A DNA stretch of 64,000 nucleotides, from NCBI GenBank assembly GCA_963675525.2, contig CAXXSL010000016.1:480001-544000 (forward strand). Reading direction: 5' to 3'. Of the stretch, positions 17,719 to 26,872 are shown one piece after another (the first letter of the stretch is position 1; each line of letters opens with the position of its first letter). Below the pieces are notes generated by a model that searched no databases, had not been told where the DNA came from, and was given only the letters and a program-made list of their open reading frames with translations. Origin of the DNA: Anaerohalosphaeraceae bacterium. GTDB lineage: Bacteria > Planctomycetota > Phycisphaerae > Sedimentisphaerales > Anaerohalosphaeraceae. The position numbers were made by a program, and so were the translations under genes.

Positions 17719-18285
17719 ATGGTAAGAATATTGATGATTTTTTTCTCTGTGTGTTTAGTGCTTCTCTTGGCGGTGCCGGCAGAAGCGGGTGTGGAGGTTG
17801 TCGGTGTCGATGTTGTTCAGACAAATTATACCGCCGGGACAGGTGTATTATTGATGGACGACAGTGGTTTGGTGGTTACTATAGACTATGATGACAGTCC
17901 GACCCAGGGCGAGATTAGTCCCGCCGGTTTCACGCTGAGTACCAACTTTGTTTCCGGAATGCAATTTGCGGGTGGAACGTTTGAGTTTATTGATGAAAAT
18001 GATTCATCGGTAATTATTTCAGGGAATGTTTTGACTGTCAACTTTGAAGAGGCTGTTGGGTTTTTGGTAGGAAATGGTACGGCCCAGGTATTGGTGTCAA
18101 ATTTAGCCGGTTATCCTGTGGGTCCTTCTGATATCGTTTCAATTACTTTTAACCTGGATCCTGCTTTTACGGACTTTGGTCAGGATTATGCAGGTGACTC
18201 AAAGGTGAACTTCCTTGTTCCGGAACCAACAACACTGGCCCTGTTGGGCTTGGGCGGGTTGCTATTGCGAAAGCGTAAAGCATAA
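17719..18285 (+). CDS. PEP-CTERM protein
   Basis: Signal peptide ending AEA; C-terminal VPEPTTLALLGLGGLLLRKRKA. Confidence 0.92.
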   Translation: MVRILMIFFSVCLVLLLAVPAEAGVEVVGVDVVQTNYTAGTGVLLMDDSGLVVTIDYDDSPTQGEISPAGFTLSTNFVSGMQFAGGTFEFIDENDSSVIISGNVLTVNFEEAVGFLVGNGTAQVLVSNLAGYPVGPSDIVSITFNLDPAFTDFGQDYAGDSKVNFLVPEPTTLALLGLGGLLLRKRKA

Positions 18286-18311
18286 GTTATTTTTGAGAAC
18301 AGAATGCAAAG

Positions 18312-18350
18312 AAAACCTGCCGGAGCTTGTTCTCTTGCAGGTTTTTTTTT
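18312..18350 (+). terminator. Intrinsic terminator
   Basis: AAAACCTGC/GCAGGTTTT stem followed by a T-run. Confidence 0.75.
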
Positions 18351-18438
18351 GCGTTAGAGAGGAGGGAAGATGCTCGTCTGCATCGTTCCCTGAAAAAAAA
18401 CACTGTTTAAGTGTGTACTGTATGCAGGGAGAGGGAAC

Positions 18439-19293
18439 ATGAAAAAGCTAATCACAATTTACATGATCGTGGGAATACTTCTGTCCACAAGCATCACCGC
18501 ACAGGCTATTATGGATGGTCAAGTCGATTACAGTACAGATTCACTTGGTCTCTACTATCAAATCACAGGAGGCATATTTACCAACGGCCAAACCTACAAT
18601 GGCGATAATGCCAGTGGAGGCGTCTTGCGTTATATTCATGATGACCCAGACGACACAACATACGCTAATGCTTTTCAACAATGGGCACGTGACGACTGGT
18701 TTGAGGAAACCGCCGGACTGGCTCTTACGATGAAGAACAATGATACCATCGTTTACAATAACAACGGTATTGAAGACGGTACCCACGGCGGTTTTTACGA
18801 TGATACGCAGACGTCGGTCGCAGGTCTTTATATGTCGTATGCCATGTCAAACAATTATGACTGGATATACTCCGGTTATTTCAAGCTGGAAGAAGCCACT
18901 GCCGTCGATACTCTTATCGGTTATTTTGACGGCACCGGTTATTATGGGAATTTTGACCCGGACAATCCACTCATCGGCTATCGAATGAATGTTTGGAACT
19001 GTGTAATGGATGGGGTCTACCCGATGCCCTCGAACAACACCTTTACGGGCGATGTCTTCAGTAGTGACAATATGGCGGGTACTTTTGCCTGGAGTGATAC
19101 CGGCGTGGCCCGACATTATTCCGGTTGGGGAGATGGTGTCACCGATCCGATTTATCGTCTCGAATACACTCTCGATACACCGCTGATCCTGCCTGCCGGG
19201 GAGTATTTCTTTAGTCACGATGCTACGATTCCCGAACCGGCAACGCTGGCACTGCTGGGCTTGGGCGGGCTACTGCTGCGTCGTAAGAAATAA
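18439..19293 (+). CDS. PEP-CTERM protein
   Basis: Signal peptide ending AQA; C-terminal IPEPATLALLGLGGLLLRRKK. Confidence 0.93.
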   Translation: MKKLITIYMIVGILLSTSITAQAIMDGQVDYSTDSLGLYYQITGGIFTNGQTYNGDNASGGVLRYIHDDPDDTTYANAFQQWARDDWFEETAGLALTMKNNDTIVYNNNGIEDGTHGGFYDDTQTSVAGLYMSYAMSNNYDWIYSGYFKLEEATAVDTLIGYFDGTGYYGNFDPDNPLIGYRMNVWNCVMDGVYPMPSNNTFTGDVFSSDNMAGTFAWSDTGVARHYSGWGDGVTDPIYRLEYTLDTPLILPAGEYFFSHDATIPEPATLALLGLGGLLLRRKK

Positions 19294-19429
19294 GCATCAA
19301 ATGACTGTAAAGGCGGCAGAACAGAGAAATTTTAATGGACTTCATCATAAGAGGAGAAGGCAAGAGACTATTTTTGCCAATCTCAACGAGTCTGTAGATG
19401 AGATCACGGAAGCTCTCATCACCCTCGAA

Positions 19430-19465
19430 GCCGGGATTCCTGAAAAAAGGATTTCCGGTTTTTTT
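19430..19465 (+). terminator. Intrinsic terminator
   Basis: GCCGGGATTCCT/AGGATTTCCGGT stem followed by a T-run. Confidence 0.7.
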
Positions 19466-19796
19466 ATGCCGCTGCTATAAAGCAGTGTAGACCAACCATC
19501 GCCGTATCATTCTCGGCACCCACAGCCTCGATAAAACCGCACACAGGCATAAGATGGCATACAAGTGAAAATACAGTAAATACGTGCTTAAACAGGATTC
19601 AATCCCCATTTCAAAGCCAAAGTATGTGCAATAGATCGCTGATTTTCAAGGTTTTTATGCCACTGGATAGTATTTCGGCCTGAAATATCCTGTTTTGGAT
19701 TGAAAAAAATTTTTTTTCTTTTAAAGTAAAATGGTAGCGAACGGTGTTGTATAAGTGACGAACGTTCGATTTTGCGGTTTTTTTTGAGGATGTAAC

Positions 19797-20342
19797 GTGC
19801 TGGAAGATAAATTACTCATCAGAAAAATTAAAAAGGGCGACAAATCAGCCCTGCGATGGATCTATGAAAAGTACAAAGATGACCTGCTGCGGATCGCGGC
19901 CGGACTTTTGAAAACACGCTCAGACGCCGAAGACGTCGTGCACGAAGTATTCGTTAATTTCGTGCAGACAGTGGACCGGTTTATTCTGACCGGAAGCCTT
20001 CGCGGCTATCTGACAACCTGCGTGGCCAATAAAGCCCGTAACCTGAACCGTACAGAAGCACGCCACGCAACGGTGGGTCTGGACGACATCGACCCGCCTG
20101 CGGGACGCCTTCGAAGGCCCGACGAGTGGATCATCATGGATGAAGCCTTCAGCCAGCTTTGTGAGGCGATGACGACATTGCCGTATGAACAGCGTGAAGT
20201 CGTCATCCTCCGCGTCCAGGGGCGCATGAAATTCAGCACGATCGCCGCCCTGCAGGACACATCCGTTAAAACCGTCTTGAGTCGATACCGGTACGGCATA
20301 ACTAAACTGCGGACTCTTTTAAATGGAGAGATAGAATCATGA
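19797..20342 (+). CDS. ECF RNA polymerase sigma factor (copy 1)
   Basis: Region 2 DAEDVVHEVF, GSLRGYLTTCVAN; region 4 LPYEQREVVIL..TVLSRYRYG. Confidence 0.93.
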   Translation: MLEDKLLIRKIKKGDKSALRWIYEKYKDDLLRIAAGLLKTRSDAEDVVHEVFVNFVQTVDRFILTGSLRGYLTTCVANKARNLNRTEARHATVGLDDIDPPAGRLRRPDEWIIMDEAFSQLCEAMTTLPYEQREVVILRVQGRMKFSTIAALQDTSVKTVLSRYRYGITKLRTLLNGEIES

Positions 20343-21535
20343 GACCGACAGCCGACATAAAACAATTACTTAAAAAAACACCCATTAAAACAAATCCTGA
20401 GGTCAACCAGGCCGTTCTCAACGACCTGATGGACCGTCTGGATACGGTCACAGCGACGCCGACAGCGACGCCGCGGCCGAATACATGGAGACTTATCATG
20501 GAAAATAAAACCTTTAAAATGTCCAGCGCCGCCGCAGTGCTGCTGATTGCAGCGCTGGTGGGCGTCTCGCAGCTTGTGTTTGTCGCGCCAACCTTTGCGC
20601 AAATCATCGAGCCAATCCTGAAAGCCCACACCATCGCTTTCGATATGATCGTCGGCTCAGAAGACACAAGTCCTGCCATACATGATCGCATCAAGGGCCC
20701 CCGGATTCGGCGGACCATTTCGAATATGCCCAATATTGTACAGGTCATTGACACTGAGAATTCAAAGATGTTAACCTTGGCTGATGAAAACGGTAATAAA
20801 GTCGCCTCGTATATCAACATCGAAGGCCCAATCGCAGAAGGAACACAGTTCTTCCATAAATTCTTGCGAGGAAGCCTCTTAAACTTGAAAGACAATCCGG
20901 ATTTCGAACCGATTCGGCTTGAAAAACAGGAAATAGATGGACGAAAGGTCATTGGCTATGCTGCTGAAGATGAAACGTGCGGTATTAAAATCTGGGCCGA
21001 CACAAAAACATTCCTCCCGGTACGCATGGAGATTCAGGTTGGCCCTCAGTTTTACATCATCAAGAACTTTGAAATCGACATTCCTGTGGACGATGCGGAA
21101 GTCAGCATGGAAGTCCCGGAAAATTATACCCTTCGGGAAGCCCCTATTGATTTCTCAAATGTCTCGGAAGAACATCTGATTGAAAGTCTTAGATTCTGGG
21201 TCGAGGTTCTGTTGGAAGGACATTTCCCCGATTCCCTGACAACCGAAGACTATATGAACCAGATGCCCCAACTGGAAAGAAAACTGGCCCTGCTGGTGGA
21301 TACCCCTGAGTCGGAGAAGGAACAGATGGCTCTAAACTTCATCCGCGGGATGGTCTTCCTGCAGTTATTTGAAATGAAACAAATGGAACCGTGGCATTAT
21401 TCCGGCGGCGGCGTCAAGCTGGGTGATGCAGAGACGGCGATCTTCTGGTATCGGCCGAAAGATTCACAGACATATCGCGTCATTTACGGCGACTTGCATG
21501 TTGAAGACGCGGCGCCTGAGGAACTGCCAAAGTAA
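20339..21535 (+). CDS. Membrane-anchored anti-sigma factor with periplasmic (possibly LolA-like) domain (copy 1)
   Basis: ATGA overlap with the sigma gene; short cytoplasmic N-terminus, one TM segment, large C-terminal domain ending YRVIYGDL. Confidence 0.8.
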   Translation: MRPTADIKQLLKKTPIKTNPEVNQAVLNDLMDRLDTVTATPTATPRPNTWRLIMENKTFKMSSAAAVLLIAALVGVSQLVFVAPTFAQIIEPILKAHTIAFDMIVGSEDTSPAIHDRIKGPRIRRTISNMPNIVQVIDTENSKMLTLADENGNKVASYINIEGPIAEGTQFFHKFLRGSLLNLKDNPDFEPIRLEKQEIDGRKVIGYAAEDETCGIKIWADTKTFLPVRMEIQVGPQFYIIKNFEIDIPVDDAEVSMEVPENYTLREAPIDFSNVSEEHLIESLRFWVEVLLEGHFPDSLTTEDYMNQMPQLERKLALLVDTPESEKEQMALNFIRGMVFLQLFEMKQMEPWHYSGGGVKLGDAETAIFWYRPKDSQTYRVIYGDLHVEDAAPEELPK

Positions 21536-21555
21536 TCCCGCTTATCACCATCCCC

Positions 21556-21586
21556 AAAAGCCGGACAGCAATGCCCGGCTTTTTTT
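21556..21586 (+). terminator. Intrinsic terminator
   Basis: AAAAGCCGG/CCGGCTTTT followed by a T-run. Confidence 0.85.
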
Positions 21587-21738
21587 GTGCCTATTCTGCA
21601 ATTTTGGGCGGCATTAGCCTGTTATCGCTTAAAAAATCGCATTTCTTTTATTTTTTCATTTTATTTAGATTAAAATAGCCCTGCGGTTCGTGAATCATAC
21701 AGAAATCGTGGATTTAACAATTAAGTGGCGAGCAGTCG

Positions 21739-22281
21739 ATGTTTGAAGATAAACAACTCATTTGGAATCTCAGGAACGGCAGCCCGGAAGCGCTGGGGGG
21801 CATCTATGAGAAATACCACGGCTATTTGCTCACCTTGGCAACGGCTCTTTTAAATGATGTCAATACCGCCGAAGATGCCATCCACGATTTCTTCGTCTCG
21901 TTTGCCCGAACCGGTCGGACACTCAAGCTCGAAGGCAGCCTCAAAGCCTATCTGGCCACATGCGTGGCCAATCGTGCACGGGACAGGCTGCGGGCGGCAA
22001 AACGGCAGCCGGCCGGACTGGAACGGGCCGAGTCAATCGGTTCGACAGCGGACTGCCCGGCATCGACGGCGGTCTGTAACGAAACGCTGCGACAGCTCAA
22101 CGGCGCCCTGGCACAGCTTCCGTACGAACAGCGTGAGGTCGTCATTCTGCATACACGAGGGCGCATGAAATTCAAGACCATCGCGGCCCATCAGAATGTC
22201 TCCACGCAAACGGTCCAGAGCCGGTACCGCTATGGACTGGAAAAGCTCAGAACACTTTTAAATGGACAGGTGACAAAATGA
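21739..22281 (+). CDS. ECF RNA polymerase sigma factor (copy 2)
   Basis: Paralog of 19797-20342 (GSLKAYLATCVAN, LPYEQREVVIL, SRYRYGL). Confidence 0.93.
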   Translation: MFEDKQLIWNLRNGSPEALGGIYEKYHGYLLTLATALLNDVNTAEDAIHDFFVSFARTGRTLKLEGSLKAYLATCVANRARDRLRAAKRQPAGLERAESIGSTADCPASTAVCNETLRQLNGALAQLPYEQREVVILHTRGRMKFKTIAAHQNVSTQTVQSRYRYGLEKLRTLLNGQVTK

Positions 22282-23468
22282 AACCTGAAAAAATGATTGA
22301 AAACCTGATCGAACAGATCGATGTGACCCCGGACGAAGCTAAACATCGGAACACGCTGGATGCGATGCTTAAAGCACAGGCCGACTCCGAACCGACCGCG
22401 TCGGGCGGAACACATTTATCAATATGGAGAACCATTATGAAAACCAGATTAACTCAATTCACTGCGGCCGCAGCGGTTTTAATCGTAATTGCCGTCGTAG
22501 CGACACAATTAACCTTTGTTACACCGACATTTGCTCAAATCGTTGAGCCAATTCTAAACGCCAAAACAATTGCTTTCGATATGACCATCGGCCCGGAAGC
22601 CAGCGGCATTGTAATGCACGACCGTGTCAAGGGGTCGCGTATCCGCCGAACCGTCTCGAATTTACCGGATCAAGTCATGATTGTTGATACGGAAGGCAGT
22701 AAAATGCTGACGCTCGTCGAAAAGAACGGCACCAAAACGGCCACATATATTGACACCAAAGGACCCCTGCAGGAAGGAACGAAAAATTTCCTGGCGTTCA
22801 TCCGCGAGGTGATTATCAAGATAAAAGATCATCCCGGTTTTAAGCCCACGTCGCTTGATAAACAGGAAATCGACGGCCGGAAAGTTATCGGCTATGCGGC
22901 CGACAGTGATACTGAACATGTCAAAGTCTGGGCCGACGCCGAAACGCTGCTGCCGATGCGTGTGGAACTCGGGGTTGGGCAAGAGGCCTATGTCATCAAA
23001 AACTTTGAGTTTAATATCCCCATCTCGGACGAAGAAGTCAGTATGGAAGTCCCGGGAGGCTACACCGTTAAGCAGTCAGACTTCGATTTCTCAAATATTA
23101 CGGAAGAGAACCTGGTCGAAAGCCTGCGGGTCTGGGCCACGGTGCTGCTGGACAACCGATTTCCTGACAAACTCAATACGCCGGCTTATATGGATCAGGT
23201 GCCAAACCTTGAACAGAAGATCGGGGCACTGGATATTCCGGAAAAAGAAATGGAACAAATGGGTGTCAACTTTATCCAGGGCATGCTTTTTCTGCAGTCA
23301 TTTGAACTGCGCCACGAGGGCCCCTGGCATTATGCCGGAAAAGGCGCTAAATTCGGATCCGCAGACACACCGGTCTTGTGGTATCAACCTGCCGGCAGTC
23401 AGACATATCGCGTTATTTACGGCGATTTGACCATCAAAGATGTTGCTCCCGAGGACCTGCCGCAATAG
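22278..23468 (+). CDS. Membrane-anchored anti-sigma factor (copy 2)
   Basis: Paralog of 20339-21535 (PTFAQIVEPIL, KQEIDGRKVIGYAA, SQTYRVIYGDL). Confidence 0.8.
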   Translation: MKPEKMIENLIEQIDVTPDEAKHRNTLDAMLKAQADSEPTASGGTHLSIWRTIMKTRLTQFTAAAAVLIVIAVVATQLTFVTPTFAQIVEPILNAKTIAFDMTIGPEASGIVMHDRVKGSRIRRTVSNLPDQVMIVDTEGSKMLTLVEKNGTKTATYIDTKGPLQEGTKNFLAFIREVIIKIKDHPGFKPTSLDKQEIDGRKVIGYAADSDTEHVKVWADAETLLPMRVELGVGQEAYVIKNFEFNIPISDEEVSMEVPGGYTVKQSDFDFSNITEENLVESLRVWATVLLDNRFPDKLNTPAYMDQVPNLEQKIGALDIPEKEMEQMGVNFIQGMLFLQSFELRHEGPWHYAGKGAKFGSADTPVLWYQPAGSQTYRVIYGDLTIKDVAPEDLPQ

Positions 23469-23489
23469 TTCACATCAATAACAACTATT

Positions 23490-23520
23490 AAAAAGCCGGG
23501 TTCATTGCCCGGCTTTTTTT
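23490..23520 (+). terminator. Intrinsic terminator
   Basis: AAAAAGCCGGG/CCCGGCTTTTT. Confidence 0.85.
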
Positions 23521-23560
23521 ATTTTCATCTTGGGGGCGTTTCCAATATAATCAAGCTTTT

Positions 23561-23587
23561 CTGGATTCCCGCCTTCGCGGTAATGAC
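23561..23587. repeat. REP-like palindrome (GTCATT.CCGCGAAGGCGGGAATCCAG type)
   Basis: CTGGATTCCCGCCTTCGCGGTAATGAC. Confidence 0.65.
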
Positions 23588-23636
23588 AGCGGTCACGCAA
23601 ATAACATAGGCGTCTCTTCTCCGAAAAGGAGTATCA

Positions 23637-24122
23637 ATGACATTTGGAAAACCAAAAGAAACGATTGTGGTCGGACTGGGTAATCCGCTGATGGCCGATG
23701 AGGGTGTCGGGACGGTTTTGGTGGATGAATTATCAAAGCTGGCTGCGGCAGGCAAACTGCCCTCTGAAACGATCGAATATTATGACGGCGGCTGCGGGGG
23801 AATGTATCTTTTGCATACCATCGCCGAACGCAAGAAAGCGATTCTGATTGACTGCTGTCTGATGGGCACCGAGCCGGGAACGATTAAACGGTTCACGCCG
23901 GATGATGTCAACAGCGTCAAGAAAATGGCTCACTTGTCGCTGCACGAAGTGGACATTCTCAAGGTGATTGAATTGGCAAAGCAACTCGGCCAGTGCCCGG
24001 AGGAGATCGTCATCTTCGGGATCGAACCGGTGAAAATCGAACCGCAGATGCACCTGAATGAGCTTATTAAAGCCAAACTCGATGATTATATCGCCGAGAT
24101 TTTCAAAGAACTGAAAAAATAA
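23637..24122 (+). CDS. Hydrogenase maturation protease (HyaD/HycI family)
   Basis: VVGLGNPLMADEGVG, DGG, ILIDC, SLHE. Confidence 0.95.
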   Translation: MTFGKPKETIVVGLGNPLMADEGVGTVLVDELSKLAAAGKLPSETIEYYDGGCGGMYLLHTIAERKKAILIDCCLMGTEPGTIKRFTPDDVNSVKKMAHLSLHEVDILKVIELAKQLGQCPEEIVIFGIEPVKIEPQMHLNELIKAKLDDYIAEIFKELKK

Positions 24123-24123
24123 A

Positions 24124-26637
24124 ATGAAAGACTTTCTTGGGAAGGAATCAATCTTGTATAAGTTCCTTTTGATCGTAATCATCGCCGTCATTTTGAGTTC
24201 ATCGCCGGCGTTGGCAGAATCCTGGAAGCCCGTTGAAGGGCGGATCATGACTCAATGGGCCGAAGAGATCGACCCGCAAAACGCCCTGCCGGAATACCCC
24301 CGTCCTGCCATGATACGCGAAAACTGGCTCAACCTTAACGGCCTGTGGGATTATGCCATCGTTGAGAAAAACACTGATACGCCTAACCAGTGGAACGGCA
24401 GTATTCTGGTTCCTTATCCGGTCGAATCGGCATTGTCCGGCGTGGGCAAAAGGGTGGGTGCAGATAAAGCCTTGTGGTATCGTCGGCAATTTCCCGTTCC
24501 CCCACAATGGCAGGGCCAGCGTATCCTGCTGCATTTCGGTGCAGTTGACTGGCAAAGTACCATCTGGGTCAACGGCAAAGAAGTCGGCACACACAAAGGC
24601 GGTTATGATCCGTTTACCCTCGATATCACCGACGCATTGAAGGCGGACGCAGCACAGGAAATCATTATCCGCGTGTGGGACCCGACCGACCAAAAGAACA
24701 GTCCCATTCCCCGAGGCAAACAGCTCAACAATCCTAACAGTATCTGGTACACACCGGTCACCGGCATCTGGCAGACCGTCTGGCTGGAACCGGTACCGAA
24801 AGCCTGCATCAGATCGATCAAGGTGACACCAGACTTGGACAAGGGACAAATTCAAGTACAGGTCGCTGTCGAAGGTGTTAATTCGCAAACATATCAGGCT
24901 GATAAGTATTTTCTTTCAGTTGTCGTTTCGGAGGGAAAGGTGAAGGTGGCCTCCCTGATGGGCAGTCCTTTCCAAACACTGACACTGACAATTGATAACG
25001 CTAAAGAGTGGTCGCCGGAAGCTCCGTTTTTATATGATTTGACAGTGAATCTCACACAGGAAGACCGTCAGATCGACGAGGTCAAAAGCTATTTGGGGAT
25101 GCGAAAGATCGAAGTCAAAAAGGACAAAAAAGGAATTAACCGGCTGTTCCTCAATAACAAGCCGGTGTTCCAGTTCGGTCCCCTGGATCAGGGCTGGTGG
25201 CCGGACGGACTGTACACCGCACCGACTGATGAAGCGCTCCGATATGATATTGAAATGACCAAAGCCTGGGGGTTTAACATGCTGCGAAAGCACGTCAAAG
25301 TTGAACCGCAGCGGCTGTATTACTGGTGTGATAAACTGGGTGTGCTCATCTGGCAGGATATGCCCAGTTGTATTTTTAATCGCGATGCCTATTCTGACGA
25401 GGAACTACAGGAAATTGACGCCCAGTGGGAAACGGAGTGGAAGGCGATCATCGACGCTTTGTATCATCACCCCTCGATCGTCATGTGGGTGCCTTTTAAC
25501 GAAGGGTGGGGACAGTACGATACGGAGCGAATCACCGCCTGGACAAAAGCTTATGATCCGAGCCGTCTGGTCAACAACGCTTCCGGTTGGACGGATAAGG
25601 GCGTCGGCGATGTACATGACATCCATAACTATCCCAACCCGGATGTGCCTCCGCTTGAAGCCAAGCGTGCGTCTGTGCTTGGCGAGTACGGCGGATTGGG
25701 GATGCCCGTGAAAGACCATTTGTGGGAAATCGGCGGTAACTGGGGATACCAAACCTATCAGGACATGAGCGATCTTGAGCAGCGTTATGTTGTATTGACG
25801 CAAGATTTGTATCAACTGAAGGAAAAGGGATTGGCCGCGGCCGTTTACACGCAGACCACGGACGTCGAGGTCGAAGTGAACGGGCTGATGACCTATGACC
25901 GAAAAGTCATCAAGTTGAATCCGGAACGATTTGCTCCGCTAAACAAAGGGTATCTTCCGCCAAAATTCACGAGTGATCAGGCCATATTCACCGATTCAAT
26001 AGAGGTTGAACTGATCGGCGAGAAAAGGCTACAGATCCGATATACTCTGGATGGGTTGGAGCCGACGAAATCTTCGGCGCTTTACACTCAACCGATTCAC
26101 ATCGAACAGACAACAACCGTCAAAGCTTGCTGCTTCTGGCCTGATGGAACCGCCAGTCCATCAGTCAACAGAAAATTGCGCAAGGTCAAAGAGATAAAAG
26201 CAGTCATCGCCAATGTTCAGAATGCGGGATTAAAATACGCCTGCTTCGAAGGCCAATGGAATTCATTGCCGGATTTTTCGACGCTGAGAGCCACACAAAC
26301 CGGTATCGTTAAAACAATCAACCTTTCCTGTGTCAATAAGAGGGAGAATTTTGCCCTGAAGTTTACCGGTTTCATCAAAATACCTCTATCAGGGGTCTAT
26401 CAATTCACAACCAACTCTGATGACGGTACCATACTATTCTTAGGCGGCTCCGAATTAATTAATAATGACGGCGTTCACGGCATGAATGAAGTCTTGGGTG
26501 AAATCGCTTTAGAAGCCGGTTGGCACCCAATCGAATTGGTTTATTTTCAGGGCGTCGGCGGGCTTGGACTGGACGTCTCCTGGCAGGGACCGGGCTTTCA
26601 GCATACGCAGATCAGCGGTGATATGCTGGGCCATTAA
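24124..26637 (+). CDS. Secreted glycoside hydrolase family 2 with Fn3-associated and PA14 domains
   Basis: LPEYPRP, LHFGAVDW, GIWQTVWLE, LDQGWWPDG, VPFNEGWGQ, LGEYGG; RYTLDG.EP; PA14 NSDDG..NNDGVHG. Confidence 0.92.
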   Translation: MKDFLGKESILYKFLLIVIIAVILSSSPALAESWKPVEGRIMTQWAEEIDPQNALPEYPRPAMIRENWLNLNGLWDYAIVEKNTDTPNQWNGSILVPYPVESALSGVGKRVGADKALWYRRQFPVPPQWQGQRILLHFGAVDWQSTIWVNGKEVGTHKGGYDPFTLDITDALKADAAQEIIIRVWDPTDQKNSPIPRGKQLNNPNSIWYTPVTGIWQTVWLEPVPKACIRSIKVTPDLDKGQIQVQVAVEGVNSQTYQADKYFLSVVVSEGKVKVASLMGSPFQTLTLTIDNAKEWSPEAPFLYDLTVNLTQEDRQIDEVKSYLGMRKIEVKKDKKGINRLFLNNKPVFQFGPLDQGWWPDGLYTAPTDEALRYDIEMTKAWGFNMLRKHVKVEPQRLYYWCDKLGVLIWQDMPSCIFNRDAYSDEELQEIDAQWETEWKAIIDALYHHPSIVMWVPFNEGWGQYDTERITAWTKAYDPSRLVNNASGWTDKGVGDVHDIHNYPNPDVPPLEAKRASVLGEYGGLGMPVKDHLWEIGGNWGYQTYQDMSDLEQRYVVLTQDLYQLKEKGLAAAVYTQTTDVEVEVNGLMTYDRKVIKLNPERFAPLNKGYLPPKFTSDQAIFTDSIEVELIGEKRLQIRYTLDGLEPTKSSALYTQPIHIEQTTTVKACCFWPDGTASPSVNRKLRKVKEIKAVIANVQNAGLKYACFEGQWNSLPDFSTLRATQTGIVKTINLSCVNKRENFALKFTGFIKIPLSGVYQFTTNSDDGTILFLGGSELINNDGVHGMNEVLGEIALEAGWHPIELVYFQGVGGLGLDVSWQGPGFQHTQISGDMLGH

Positions 26638-26642
26638 ACACC

Positions 26643-26813
26643 GGCAGGCAACTGCACGAAGCGGACATCTTTAAAGTGATCGAACTGGCGGAGGAAATCG
26701 TCATCTTCGGCATCGAACCGGTTACTATCGAGCCAAAAATGAGCCTGACCCCAACACTTGAGGGCAAGCTTAATGAATATCTTTCTGTCCTTCAAAAAGA
26801 AATCATTAGCTGA
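26643..26813 (+). pseudogene. Remnant of a second hydrogenase maturation protease (3' part, internally deleted)
   Basis: Frame from 26652 reads LHEADIFKVIELAEEIVIFGIEPVTIEPKMSL...EIIS*, vs intact LHEVDILKVIELAKQLGQCPEEIVIFGIEPVKIEPQM. Confidence 0.85.
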
Positions 26814-26872
26814 TCGCTGTATGTAATCATTCTTCCAGCGTAAATACGATAGTGTCGACCCATGCGGCATCA
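26810..26872. repeat. 63-bp direct repeat copy 1 (copy 2 at 28866-28928)
   Basis: 56/63 identical by manual alignment; covers the 3' end of the 26827-28344 gene. Confidence 0.9.

Noticed and set aside
19220..19480. 86-aa ORF after the PEP-CTERM gene
   Set aside because: Overlaps the PEP-CTERM end and a terminator; no recognisable family.
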